Part shown: positions 30,632-41,908 of the stretch, piece by piece | How positions within the stretch are numbered: the stretch's first letter is position 1 | Layout of the letters: each line of letters begins with the position of its first letter | Origin: Phycisphaerales bacterium | GTDB lineage: Bacteria > Planctomycetota > Phycisphaerae > Phycisphaerales > UBA1924 | Length of the DNA: 64,000 bases | Assembly: GCA_030149165.1 (NCBI GenBank) | Contig: JASBRY010000007.1 | Location: 31,433 to 95,432, forward strand | Direction of reading: 5' to 3' | Notes under the pieces: generated by a model | Seen by the model: only the letters and a program-made list of their open reading frames with translations | Database searches by the model: none | What the model was told of the DNA's origin: nothing | Made by a program: the position numbers and the translations under genes

Positions 30632-32035
30632 CTAGTTTGAGCTCCGTGACCCCATCGCGGCAATCCAAGCACCGCTCCCCGCAGCTTCTTTGCTGCTCAT
30701 GACCCAAACCAATGTCCCGGATTGCTGTTGGCCACGCATCAGATGCAGCCGGATTGATCCGCCAAAAGATTCGAGTCCGGCTGTGTAGCGAAGGGCCAAT
30801 CCATCACGCAGCGTGAGCACCACGGAGCCCACTCTGCTCACGCCATCTGCAAAGCCTGGATCTGTCTCGTATATGCGAGCGCTTTCTTGATTGGTCAGCA
30901 CTTGCATGAGCCGTTCGATCGCATCCGTCTCGTTCGGTGTCGCCGGGACAGAGCCTGCTCCATTCTCGCGGACCCACGATTCAGCAGCTGGACTAGACGC
31001 GAACAGCAGTTGGTCATCACTATCGAGGATCTCAAGTTTCGCGATCTGTGCTTTGTCCACACCAGTGACCTGGCGCTGAACATACGCGACTGGTGAAGCG
31101 GTGAGTCGATTCAATCCCGCAGTCGGGACAGAGACGATCGCGCTCGAACCATCTGGAGTGGTGTAGCGTGCGAAGACTTCGGAGCCGCTCGCATCGACTC
31201 CTGATCCGATCTCTATGGAAGCGGGCGAGTCGAGTGACGCACGCGTCGAGATCATGATCTGAGCAAGCGGCGCATCCAAACCCGTCAAGGTATCTGTGTA
31301 CGCGGCATCATCAAAGAACCGCGTCGCTTTGAGTCCGAGTGTGAGCCCGAGCATCCCCTGGACCATCGCGGGATCCGCACCGATCTCCCAAGGCGACACA
31401 CGCCAACCCCGATCGCTGCGTTGCAGAGTCGTCTCGTTGCTTCCCGCACGCACAAACGCGGAGCGGACTTCCGGGATGGTCATCTGGAACAGATCGAGGG
31501 AGCGCCAAGACGCGAGTCCATCGCCGATCAGTGAGTCGCGCATGGAACGCTCGATCCTTCCGAACCAGCGATCCGTGGCGATCCCATCCTCGCCACGCGA
31601 GACGACCTCCACGGCAGCAAATCCACCCGTGCTTTGTGATGAAAACCGGAGTTCAGTGGTGAGCCCATCCCGATCCATGAGCGAGAGTGTGCCGGCGCTG
31701 TCAACAATCTCATCATCCTCGGATGGGGAGATCGAAGCCGTCGCGAGTGCTCGGAGCACCGTCCGTACACGAGCGGCATCCGCGGCCCAAGCTGCGGAAT
31801 CTTCATCGAGGAACAGCATCCAAGAATCCATGCCCCCCGGATCCCTGATCGCTCGCTGATTCCCGCGCCCCTCAATACGGATCTGAACCTCTTTGATCGA
31901 AACGGCATCGATCCCGATTGTCCGGATTCGATTGGATCTTGAATCATCAGTTCCAGAGAATGCTTGTGAAATCAGCACCAAACCAGCAAGCATTCCTGCG
32001 GTAATAATCGATATGAGCACAGTCCTCAGTGACAT
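30632..32035 (-). CDS. Membrane-anchored hypothetical protein (possibly DUF4340-like)
   Basis: It has an N-terminal TM segment (LRTVLISIITAGMLAGLVLI) and a long periplasmic-looking domain. The family assignment is from memory only. The ATG is at 32035; the track start 32041 is GTG. Confidence 0.55.
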   Translation of the reverse strand: MSLRTVLISIITAGMLAGLVLISQAFSGTDDSRSNRIRTIGIDAVSIKEVQIRIEGRGNQRAIRDPGGMDSWMLFLDEDSAAWAADAARVRTVLRALATASISPSEDDEIVDSAGTLSLMDRDGLTTELRFSSQSTGGFAAVEVVSRGEDGIATDRWFGRIERSMRDSLIGDGLASWRSLDLFQMTIPEVRSAFVRAGSNETTLQRSDRGWRVSPWEIGADPAMVQGMLGLTLGLKATRFFDDAAYTDTLTGLDAPLAQIMISTRASLDSPASIEIGSGVDASGSEVFARYTTPDGSSAIVSVPTAGLNRLTASPVAYVQRQVTGVDKAQIAKLEILDSDDQLLFASSPAAESWVRENGAGSVPATPNETDAIERLMQVLTNQESARIYETDPGFADGVSRVGSVVLTLRDGLALRYTAGLESFGGSIRLHLMRGQQQSGTLVWVMSSKEAAGSGAWIAAMGSRSSN

Positions 32036-32097
32036 GCACACACTCTATTCGCTCAATCTTCCATACGCACGCCCTGTAGAGCCGACAAAGAGAGAAC

Positions 32098-32790
32098 ATG
32101 CACTCAAATTCATCGTCAAACAGACCCCTCATCGCAATCACCTCAGATTTGATGATCCGCAAAGACCGCGAGACGGCGTATTTGACGATGACCTACGCCA
32201 ACGCGGTCCATGAAGCGGGAGGGATCCCCGTTGTCCTCCCACCAACCAGCACAGATCCAGAGATCATCAGTCGAATCATTTCCAGCTTCGATGGATTCAT
32301 CCTCTCCGGCGGAGATGACCCAGTCATGGAATCCTTCGGGGAACCCACCCACGCAAAGGTCACCCGCGTGCTCCCGGCACGACAAGCGTTTGAAACAGCA
32401 CTGATTTCTCAACTCGAGGATCATCCCAATATCCCGGTTCTGGGTATTTGTCTCGGCATGCAGATGCTCGCGCTCTGCAGAGGTGGGAAACTGAATCAAT
32501 ACCTCCCGGAGACCCACGACACGCACGAGACCCACTGGAACCACCCCCACGAGATCACTTCAGTCGATGAATCCGTACTGCCATCAGGGATCGTCTATTC
32601 GTCACACAAGCAAGCGGTTTCAGACGCCGCGGATTACCGCGTGCTCGCGAACGCTCCCGACGGCGTCATCGAAGCGTTCGACGACCCATCCCGCGAGTTC
32701 ACCCTCGCGATCCAGTGGCACCCAGAACGCACCGACAACCCAGCACTGGGTGCTGAACTCTTTTGCAAACTCGTCAACGCCTGCAGTTAG
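32098..32790 (+). CDS. Class I glutamine amidotransferase / gamma-glutamyl-GABA hydrolase family (peptidase C26) protein
   Basis: VLGICLGMQML (nucleophile Cys) and AIQWHPE (His) are present. Confidence 0.85.
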   Translation: MHSNSSSNRPLIAITSDLMIRKDRETAYLTMTYANAVHEAGGIPVVLPPTSTDPEIISRIISSFDGFILSGGDDPVMESFGEPTHAKVTRVLPARQAFETALISQLEDHPNIPVLGICLGMQMLALCRGGKLNQYLPETHDTHETHWNHPHEITSVDESVLPSGIVYSSHKQAVSDAADYRVLANAPDGVIEAFDDPSREFTLAIQWHPERTDNPALGAELFCKLVNACS

Positions 32791-33713
32791 AACGGCAGCA
32801 TCTCACCGCTCGCGAGTTGCGCCGAGTCTCGCACGCCGAGCGATCGATAAATCTCGATCGTCGCGCCGGACTTGTTGAGCGTGTAAAAATGGATCCCTCG
32901 GGCACCATGATCCAGCAGATCGCGACACTGTTCCGTTGCCCAGTGAACGCCGACGCGCCGCAGAGCATCGTCCGAGCCGTCAGTCCGACGAACCGCACGC
33001 AGCAGCGATGCGGGGAAACGCATCCCGAGCGCCAGATCCGCCATCCGTTTCATGCCCGAGATTGATTGGACGGGCATGATTCCAGCAACCACAGGCGCTT
33101 TAATCCCTGCGAGAATGCAGCGATCGCAGAAGTCGTAGTAATCACGATTCTCGAAGAACATCTGCGTCACAATGAAGTCCGCACCGGCATCGACCTTCGC
33201 TTTGAGATGATTCATCTCATCGAGCCGATTCGCGGTGCCCGGATGTCCCTCCGGGAAACCCGCGACCCCGATCCCGAATCCTCCAAAGCTTCCGCCGCGA
33301 TGCCGATCGTTGAACGCGCTGATGTGCTCGACGAGCTTGCACGCGTATCCGAAGTCTTCATCTTCCCAGTTGTACGCGCCGCCTCCCGGAGGATCACCAC
33401 GGAGCGCGAGGATGTCCGTGATCCCGCGTTCGGCGTACCCCTCAAGGATCTCGTCAATTTCACTGACACTGTGCTGCACACAGGTCAGGTGAGGCATCGT
33501 CACAAGCCCCGTCCGCCCTTTGACACGATGCACGACATCGCGTGTGAGTTTGCGTGTGGACCCCCCAGCGCCATAGGTGATCGAGACGAATGAAGGGTTC
33601 AGCGATTCAAGTTTCTGGATATGTTCAAACAGACGATCAGCGCCCGCCGCATCCTTCGGCGGGAAGAACTCAAACGAGAATGTCGTTCCGCCCGCGAGCA
33701 GTGAGCTGATCAT
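32787..33713 (-). CDS. metF: 5,10-methylenetetrahydrofolate reductase
   Basis: FSFEFFPPK and SITYGAGGSTR are present. I preferred the ATG at 33713, which has an upstream AAGGGTGG, because the ATG at 33788 would overlap the last 11 codons of ahcY. Confidence 0.9.
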   Translation of the reverse strand: MISSLLAGGTTFSFEFFPPKDAAGADRLFEHIQKLESLNPSFVSITYGAGGSTRKLTRDVVHRVKGRTGLVTMPHLTCVQHSVSEIDEILEGYAERGITDILALRGDPPGGGAYNWEDEDFGYACKLVEHISAFNDRHRGGSFGGFGIGVAGFPEGHPGTANRLDEMNHLKAKVDAGADFIVTQMFFENRDYYDFCDRCILAGIKAPVVAGIMPVQSISGMKRMADLALGMRFPASLLRAVRRTDGSDDALRRVGVHWATEQCRDLLDHGARGIHFYTLNKSGATIEIYRSLGVRDSAQLASGEMLPF

Positions 33714-33753
33714 AAACAGCCGCCCACCCTTTCGAGCAGGCGCCTGGACCTCA

Positions 33754-35256
<1,503 letters not shown>

Positions 35257-35332
35257 ATCCTTTCGTGCACCTTCCGTATTGCGTGGTGCTGTTGTACTTG
35301 TTCAGGGATCCAGTTGCGGATCAATGTGTTCT

Positions 35333-36313
35333 CTATGAAATCCAAGCCACCGCTGCGAAGAGTGGGGGGCCGGAACTGTTGACATCAGGACGAAGCGGAT
35401 TCACAAGCACACGCTCGAAACCAGCTTCTTTGAGCATATCCGTGATCTGCTCATCGTTAAATCCGAGATGGACATGTCCCATCACGCGTCGGTAATCCTC
35501 GTTGGTATGTGCGTACATATCGACGATGAGGACGACACCCCCGCCTCGTTCGTTCGTGACGATCCGACGCATCTCACGCATCGATTCAATCGGATCATTC
35601 AGGTGATGCGCCACGAGCATGCACACGGCGGCATCCACACTCCCATCAACCAGAGGGAGCTTATTCAGTTCGCCTTCGATGAACGAAATGTGATCGGTCG
35701 CGATCCCGGCGTTCTCGATGCGTGCCTGCGCTCCCTGCAGCATCTCAGCAGATTGATCGATCGCAATGACCTGCTCGACCCAACCCGAGAGCAGTTCGGT
35801 GCAGTTCCCAGTCCCGCATCCAAGGTCCGCGACACGCCAGGTCGGATTGAGCAATCCCAGCAGAGCTTGATCCGTGAAGTGCTGACCAAAGAGTTCGCCT
35901 CGGACCTCGTCCCACTGTCCCGCCATGCGTCCGAAGAATGAACTCGAATCAGAAGCCCGCTCACTGAGCACGGCTTTGACTCGTAGATCATCACCAGAAG
36001 CTTCGGGATCGCTTTCGAGCTCATCACGAACCGCGACCCACACGCCACGCATCGCCATCGGGAGTTCATCGAGTACGACTCGGTAGTATGTCGCAGGCCC
36101 TACAGAACGACGCACGACCCAGCCCCCTTCGCTGAGGACCTTGAGATGTCGTGATCCGGAGGACTGGGGGATCTGGATCACACGGATCAACTCACCAACC
36201 GCGAGCTCATGCTGGCACAGCACACGCATCATCCGAAGCCGGATGGGATCACTCAGCTGACTGAGTGACTCAGCAGGCGAGATTTGAGCTGTTTGACGCG
36301 TGGATTCTTGCAT
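35333..36313 (-). CDS. ArsR-type HTH fused to a SAM-dependent methyltransferase-like domain (SahR-like regulator of the methyl cycle)
   Basis: LSDPIRLRMMRVLCQHELAVGELIRVIQIPQSSGSRHLKVL is an ArsR wHTH. VADLGCGTGNCTELL is methyltransferase motif I. The gene sits directly upstream of ahcY-metF on the same strand. Confidence 0.8.
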   Translation of the reverse strand: MQESTRQTAQISPAESLSQLSDPIRLRMMRVLCQHELAVGELIRVIQIPQSSGSRHLKVLSEGGWVVRRSVGPATYYRVVLDELPMAMRGVWVAVRDELESDPEASGDDLRVKAVLSERASDSSSFFGRMAGQWDEVRGELFGQHFTDQALLGLLNPTWRVADLGCGTGNCTELLSGWVEQVIAIDQSAEMLQGAQARIENAGIATDHISFIEGELNKLPLVDGSVDAAVCMLVAHHLNDPIESMREMRRIVTNERGGGVVLIVDMYAHTNEDYRRVMGHVHLGFNDEQITDMLKEAGFERVLVNPLRPDVNSSGPPLFAAVAWIS

Positions 36314-36321
36314 GGTCCGTT

Positions 36322-36339
36322 TATCCGAATATTCGGATA
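36322..36339. promoter_or_regulatory. Perfect 18-bp palindrome TATCCGAATATTCGGATA, candidate operator of the SahR-like regulator
   Basis: The palindrome is read directly from the sequence. It ends 8 nt upstream of the regulator's ATG (36313). I saw no other copy in this window. Confidence 0.5.
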
Positions 36340-36409
36340 TAGGGTAGCAATGGACGCAAGAATCGTCAAGTTTAAGCTACAGAACACGTTCAAAACTTCT
36401 GATTTCAGA

Positions 36410-37093
36410 TCAGTCTACGGTCGGTTCAAGCGCGAGCGATGGTCCCGGAATCACACCCAATCCAAGGAATCGTTGATTGAGTTCATCCGAAGCCGGATCG
36501 AACCACAGCGCCTGGCGCAACGCGTTGATCTCCAGATCCCGATCCCCGATCTGTTTCGCAAGATCCGCCATCGCGATATACGGCTCTGGAGATTCGGTGC
36601 CGGCGTAGATCATCGCGGATTGGATCGCGAGCTTGGAATCATCGAGGAGACCCACACGCCGAGCATATCGAGCGAGGCGCAGATATCCGGCGCCATCTTC
36701 CCCTTCGTTGACCGTTTCACGCATGAGTTGCATCATGTCATCCGGCCGACCGGCTTTGATGTAGGTGTCAGCAAGCTGCTCAATATACTGGATATTGGCT
36801 GGTCGCAGGTCATGAGCAGTGGTGAGGTGACCGATCGCTTCGGTGTACATTCCAAGCTCCGATTCGATCCGGCCGAGCTCGTATTCCGCGAAATGGGCAT
36901 GCGGGCGACGCTCAACATACTCCTGCCAGAGTTCGAGAGCCCTTTCCATGTCTCCGGCTGTCTCCGCACGCTTCGCACGCACAGAGAGATCGTTGAGCGC
37001 GAATGTTCGCTTCACTTTCTGCGTAGGACCACATGATCCGAGCGCCAGAGCTATGGATGAAAGAGCGAGGATGACAATCGATCGGTTCAGCAT
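36410..37093 (-). CDS. TPR-repeat lipoprotein
   Basis: A GGAG lies 6 nt upstream of the ATG at 37093. The lipobox is LALGSC, followed by TPR-like repeats (ALELWQEYVERRP, EAIGHLTTAHDLRP). Confidence 0.75.
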   Translation of the reverse strand: MLNRSIVILALSSIALALGSCGPTQKVKRTFALNDLSVRAKRAETAGDMERALELWQEYVERRPHAHFAEYELGRIESELGMYTEAIGHLTTAHDLRPANIQYIEQLADTYIKAGRPDDMMQLMRETVNEGEDGAGYLRLARYARRVGLLDDSKLAIQSAMIYAGTESPEPYIAMADLAKQIGDRDLEINALRQALWFDPASDELNQRFLGLGVIPGPSLALEPTVD

Positions 37094-37186
37094 GGTCGAC
37101 TCCAATAGGTTTCCAGTATTGAATATAGCGTGACTGCTCCCAATTCACCACATCCCGGCGAGTTCACACCTCAAGATTCCAGTCCG

Positions 37187-37573
37187 ATGGTGGTCCTCCG
37201 CCACACCCTTCCAGACGCGAGTTCCCACTTTGACTGGATGATCGAGCATCCACACAATCGCTCTGAACACCGGCTCATCACCTTTCGTTGCCAATCCCCT
37301 CCGAACCAGTCCGAGCTCGGCGAGGTCGAGAAGCTTCCAGACCATCGAGCAGCCTATCTGGATTATCAAGGCGAGTTATCAAGGAATCGGGGGTCAGTCA
37401 TCCGGATCACTCAAGGCCGAGTCCGATTCATCACGCTTCTCTCAGGACTCGATGAGTTCCCCAGTCAAACGGAAGCTTTGATCCAATGGGATGAGTTGGA
37501 CTACCCCACATTCATGTATCAATTCAAGTATCTGCAGGACAACATCTGGAGTGTTTGCAAGCAACGATTTTGA
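37187..37573 (+). CDS. Stand-alone LigD_N (3'-phosphoesterase-like) domain protein
   Basis: VVLRHTLPDASSHFDWMIE ... DHRAAYLDYQGELSRNRGSVIRITQGRV parallels the LigD phosphoesterase pattern (QKH..HYDFRLE ... DHPLxYxxFEGxI..G.G.V). An alternative GTG start lies at 37130. Confidence 0.5.
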   Translation: MVVLRHTLPDASSHFDWMIEHPHNRSEHRLITFRCQSPPNQSELGEVEKLPDHRAAYLDYQGELSRNRGSVIRITQGRVRFITLLSGLDEFPSQTEALIQWDELDYPTFMYQFKYLQDNIWSVCKQRF

Positions 37574-37625
37574 CTCGCATAATGTTCCCTTTTTTGATAC
37601 ACTGTCCAGAGCAAGGAGAACACCC

Positions 37626-38066
37626 ATGATCCATGGCCCACTCTATGACCCACTCCCTCCGGGATACTCTGGACCTGTAAAGAAGGAGCCGGAGAAGCCT
37701 GAGAAACCCAAGAAGGAGGAAGAGTCGCTCGGTTTAGACGACACCCTCCCAATTGATCTTGCCGCTGAGTCAGTCGCGCCAGCGCAACCTGGTCAATCCA
37801 AGATCACGACCTTCGAGCAGAAACTCAGTGCGCGCCGACATGAGGATGAGTGGGCTCGCTCTCCGAATGTGACGGGCACAGGCGCGATCCATGTCAAGAG
37901 CTTCCACTGCCGATTGACCGGCGACTCGCTTGAGTTCCTCGACCGCCAGATCAATGAATGGCTCGATGCGCATCCGCAGTACGAGGTCAAGATGGTCACC
38001 AGCGCGATGGGCACCTGGTCAGGTAAACTCAAAGAACCCAACCTGATCGTCAATGTGTGGGTCTGA
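37626..38066 (+). CDS. Hypothetical protein with Pro/Lys/Glu-rich linker
   Basis: An AAGGAG RBS precedes the ATG at 37626. The stop overlaps the start of the next gene (TGATG). Confidence 0.6.
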   Translation: MIHGPLYDPLPPGYSGPVKKEPEKPEKPKKEEESLGLDDTLPIDLAAESVAPAQPGQSKITTFEQKLSARRHEDEWARSPNVTGTGAIHVKSFHCRLTGDSLEFLDRQINEWLDAHPQYEVKMVTSAMGTWSGKLKEPNLIVNVWV

Positions 38067-38863
38067 TGCTCTGTCCGCTCAGGTCCATCGCAGTAGTCTT
38101 GTTGTGCCTGTGTATCCAAGCGCAATGGGTTGTCGCTCAGGTTGAGCCCAAGCCGATGCCCGAGATCAGTGTGCCTGACACTGATCAACTGATCCCAGCT
38201 GTGCTCCACAAGGTCATCGATGGAGACTCGGTTGAACTCTTCATCCAAGGCCGAATCATTCATTACGAGCTCGTGGGTGCTGATGCGCCTGATGTGATCG
38301 AGGACGCGGAAACGCCGCTCTTCGGGAGTGAAGAAGCCCGCGACTTTCTCGAGTCGCTGCTCGTAGGCGAGCAACTCGCAGTCCTCCCTGACGCGCACAA
38401 ACCAACCGATACGCTCGGCCGTTCTCGTGGGTACATTTTCCGGATGCCCGACAAACTCTTGGTCAATCTAGAGTTGGTCCGGCTCGGACACGCGAAGCAC
38501 GCACGCGATCCATCAGGGTTCAACACGAAAGCATTCCGTTGGGCTCAAGATCGCGCTCGCGATGCGAAGAAGGGGATCTGGGGACCAAGACCCAAGCCGA
38601 TCAAAAAAACAAAGCCTATACAAGAACCTGAGCAATCCCAGACTCCCAAAGAATCGCAACCAGATCCTGTACAAGAGCCGGTAGAGCAACAACCCCAGCA
38701 GCCCATCTCACCTGCCGATATGGTGTACATCACCGAATCAGGGAGTAAGTACCACACCAAAGATTGCAGGCACACAAGCGATTCATCAATCGCGAAGAAA
38801 CGCTCCGAAGTCCAAAAGACACACAAACCTTGTAAGGTCTGCGATCCGGACAAGACCAGCTGA
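38066..38863 (+). CDS. Secreted thermonuclease (staphylococcal nuclease-like) family protein with C-terminal Cys motif
   Basis: The signal peptide is MLCPLRSIAVVLLCLCIQAQWVVAQ. The SNase-like core includes VIDGDSVEL, VNLELVRLGHAK and AKKGIWG. The tail is YITESGSKYHTKDCRH...HKPCKVCDP. Confidence 0.75.
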   Translation: MLCPLRSIAVVLLCLCIQAQWVVAQVEPKPMPEISVPDTDQLIPAVLHKVIDGDSVELFIQGRIIHYELVGADAPDVIEDAETPLFGSEEARDFLESLLVGEQLAVLPDAHKPTDTLGRSRGYIFRMPDKLLVNLELVRLGHAKHARDPSGFNTKAFRWAQDRARDAKKGIWGPRPKPIKKTKPIQEPEQSQTPKESQPDPVQEPVEQQPQQPISPADMVYITESGSKYHTKDCRHTSDSSIAKKRSEVQKTHKPCKVCDPDKTS

Positions 38864-38904
38864 TTGTTTGACGCGTTTTCTACGAAATCGCCGATAATCA
38901 ACCC

Positions 38905-40701
38905 ATGTGCGGCATTGCGGGAATCATTTCAAACCACCCAATCAACGAACGCGATGTGCTCGCGATGCGGGATCAACTGGCGCACCGAGGGCCGGATGAT
39001 CAAGGACTACTCCGCACCCCAGTCGGGACCTTCGCACACACCAGACTCAGCATCATTGACCCAACTGCCAGCGGTCATCAACCAATGACCACCCCCGACG
39101 GTCGGTTCGCGATCGTTTACAACGGCGAACTCTACAACGATCATGAACTCAGAGCCGAGCTTCGCAAGCTGGGTGTGCAGTTCCAAAGCAACTGCGATAC
39201 CGAGACCGTACTCCACGCCGTCGTGCAGTGGGGGATGGATGCGCGGCATAAAATCCGAGGAATGTACGCATTCGCTGTGATTGATATCCAGAATCGGGTG
39301 TGCTTGCTTGCACGCGATCCACTGGGAGTCAAGCCTCTGTATGTTTCAAAGACAAAGGAGGCTCTGATCTTCGCATCAGAGATCCGAGCAATCCTGAAGC
39401 ATCCAGGCATCACCTCATCTCCAGACAGGGTAACGATGAGTGCATATCTCTCTTCGATCCGCCCCGAGTTTGGTGATCGCACATTGTTCGAAGGGATCAA
39501 GCCTGTCGGTCCTGGAATGTGGTCACTGTACCGAGATCACAAGCTCCTCCAGCAGCAGGACTGCTGGGAGCATGCAATTCAGCAATCCACACGCCGCAGC
39601 ACGCAAGAAATCATCCAAGACTCCGTTGTCAGACACCTCCGTACGGATGTGCCGATGTGTGCGTTGCTTTCTGGAGGCCTCGACAGCTCCATCATCGCGA
39701 AGATCGCGATGGACCAACTCGGAGAGCTGAGAACATTCTGCGCCGGCGCCCGCACAGAGGGATTCAATGACGATTTCGAGATGGCGCGGCTCGTCAGCAA
39801 GCAACTCGGGACCGATCACACCGAAGTCGAAATCACTCCGGAAAGCTTCCTCGCACGCTGGACGAGCATGGTTTCCGATACTGGTTTGCCGCTATCCACG
39901 CCCAATGAAGTCGCGATTTATGAAGTGTGTGCCGCTCTCAGGGAACAGGGATACCCCGTCACGCTTTCTGGGGAAGGCGCCGATGAACTCTTCGGCGGAT
40001 ACGAGTCGCCGCTCGTGCAAGCTCATGCATTTGTTGAGCACATACCAGATTCAGATCTTGTTGCAGGACAGTTCCATCTCCAGTCAAATGCATGGGTCAA
40101 GGATGAGATCAAACCCATGCTCATGCAAGAAGCTTGGTCGTCACGATGTGATGAGGACAACGAACTCCGCGAATGGTATCAACAGAGCTTCAGTGCACTC
40201 CGAGCGTCCACAGAGACATCCATGCAGGCGCATCTTGCATTCCATCGCAAGCTCAACCTTCCCAACCTGCTCCGTCGATTAGATCAAGCAAGCATGCACG
40301 CATCGGTGGAAGGCCGAACGCCTTTCGCAGACTTTGATGTCGCTTTGCACGCTGAGTCGCTCCCGATGAGTGAACGATTTGTCGCAGGTCCACCAAACCG
40401 ATCAAAGATCGCACTGCGTGAAGCGTTCAAAGATCAGCTCCCAGGCGAGATCATCAACAGATCCAAAGCGAGCTTTCCGCTCCCCTTCCAGAACTGGGTT
40501 GGAGAGCTGTCCGAAATACTGAGCCAATCAGAGTTCGCTCGCGAACACTTCACGCCAGACGCGATCTACGCGGTTCGGAATGATCCCGCGCAGCACTGGA
40601 ACCTTGCTTGGCCAATGCTCAACCTCACGCTCTGGGGTGAGCGGTGGTGGGGTGTTAAACACATCGCACAGAAGTGCCAACTCGCTGCTCAATCGTCTTG
40701 A
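38905..40701 (+). CDS. asnB: Asparagine synthase (glutamine-hydrolysing)
   Basis: MCGIAGI (Ntn Cys2), NGELYN and the PP-loop LLSGGLDSS are present. Confidence 0.93.
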   Translation: MCGIAGIISNHPINERDVLAMRDQLAHRGPDDQGLLRTPVGTFAHTRLSIIDPTASGHQPMTTPDGRFAIVYNGELYNDHELRAELRKLGVQFQSNCDTETVLHAVVQWGMDARHKIRGMYAFAVIDIQNRVCLLARDPLGVKPLYVSKTKEALIFASEIRAILKHPGITSSPDRVTMSAYLSSIRPEFGDRTLFEGIKPVGPGMWSLYRDHKLLQQQDCWEHAIQQSTRRSTQEIIQDSVVRHLRTDVPMCALLSGGLDSSIIAKIAMDQLGELRTFCAGARTEGFNDDFEMARLVSKQLGTDHTEVEITPESFLARWTSMVSDTGLPLSTPNEVAIYEVCAALREQGYPVTLSGEGADELFGGYESPLVQAHAFVEHIPDSDLVAGQFHLQSNAWVKDEIKPMLMQEAWSSRCDEDNELREWYQQSFSALRASTETSMQAHLAFHRKLNLPNLLRRLDQASMHASVEGRTPFADFDVALHAESLPMSERFVAGPPNRSKIALREAFKDQLPGEIINRSKASFPLPFQNWVGELSEILSQSEFAREHFTPDAIYAVRNDPAQHWNLAWPMLNLTLWGERWWGVKHIAQKCQLAAQSS

Positions 40702-41708
40702 GATTGGTCCTCTTGAGACTGTGATTCACACCAACGGATCGCCTTGATCATCTCCCGCAGTCCTTGCTTCCCCTGCGGCAGTTCATGCCCCTTGCCGCTA
40801 AGCATCCGAACCTCGACCGGGATTCCTGAGTCCTGGAAATCCCGCTTTGCATTGATGTATGTTTTCTTCCAAGGATCGCGCGCACCAGTCATCAAGTAAT
40901 ACGGCGGGATATCCGCACTCCCGTCCACATCCGCAACCTGTGGCTCGTAGTGACCACAAATAGGAATGACTCCAGCAAACAAATCAGGATGCGTGCGTCC
41001 CATGATCAATGCGATGTTCGCGCCTTGCGAAAAGCCTATGAGATACACACGCTCTGGATCGATCCCGTGCTCATCGACTGCTTTGTTGATCTGATCTTGG
41101 ACCATCCACTCGGATTCATCGCGGTAAGTCCACGAGAAACCTTTACCCGAAGGTCGCAGCGCATCTGGCGCGATCAAAATCATTCCGAGTTCATCCGCTG
41201 TTGCTGTGAGAGACTCAATCATGTCCTCACCGCGCATGCCTGTGCCGTGAAGCGCCAAAATCAGCGCCGGCGATTCGTCAACCGAGCTAGGAACATGAGT
41301 TTCAGGTGTGTGGTTCCTCGCTTCGCGGATGAATCCATCGAGCCGTTGCTGTGCGTTTTTGCGGACTTGCTCAATGATCTCACCAAAGCGATCGTTGTCC
41401 CGAAGCGAGTCAAGATCTTCGGATTGCTCAAATGTATGAATGCCCGTATACCCCAGTTCAGCCGCTTCTCTGAGCGCTGACAGCGCTGCGTCATGCTCTC
41501 CGAGCCGAGCATGCATCGAACCGAGGTTAAGCTGCCAAATCGCGGATTCGGGGTACCGCTCAACAATGGACTCTGCCGCGATCAATGCCCCCTTGTAGTT
41601 CTCCTTGGAGACGAATCGGTCGTATCGGTCAACGAGCTGCTGATCTGTTTGAGCGTGTGTCGTCGAGACGATGAGGGTAAAAGCGAGCAAGGCGAGAAAG
41701 GATCGCAT
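40689..41708 (-). CDS. Secreted TPR plus alpha/beta-hydrolase (carboxylesterase/phospholipase-like) protein
   Basis: An AGGAG RBS is present. The signal peptide is MRSFLALLAFTLIVSTTHAQ. ALHGTGMRGED and GFSQGA (GxSxG) are present. The 3' end overlaps asnB by 13 nt, in convergent orientation. Confidence 0.75.
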   Translation of the reverse strand: MRSFLALLAFTLIVSTTHAQTDQQLVDRYDRFVSKENYKGALIAAESIVERYPESAIWQLNLGSMHARLGEHDAALSALREAAELGYTGIHTFEQSEDLDSLRDNDRFGEIIEQVRKNAQQRLDGFIREARNHTPETHVPSSVDESPALILALHGTGMRGEDMIESLTATADELGMILIAPDALRPSGKGFSWTYRDESEWMVQDQINKAVDEHGIDPERVYLIGFSQGANIALIMGRTHPDLFAGVIPICGHYEPQVADVDGSADIPPYYLMTGARDPWKKTYINAKRDFQDSGIPVEVRMLSGKGHELPQGKQGLREMIKAIRWCESQSQEDQSQDD

Positions 41709-41908
41709 TTGGGTCTCCTATGTGCACTCCTCTATACACGCCGCGGAGTGTTGCGGTTTCGTGAATGCGACCCTTCGGATACGCTCTGAATTGCCAAAAA
41801 CAGCGTTTGCAGAGGTTTACGAGGATAAATCTCGGACTTTGCTGGCGACAGACCAAATTGGGGGCATTTTCCCTGTAGAAGCAACTTCTACTCGCACTGG
41901 AGGGACAC

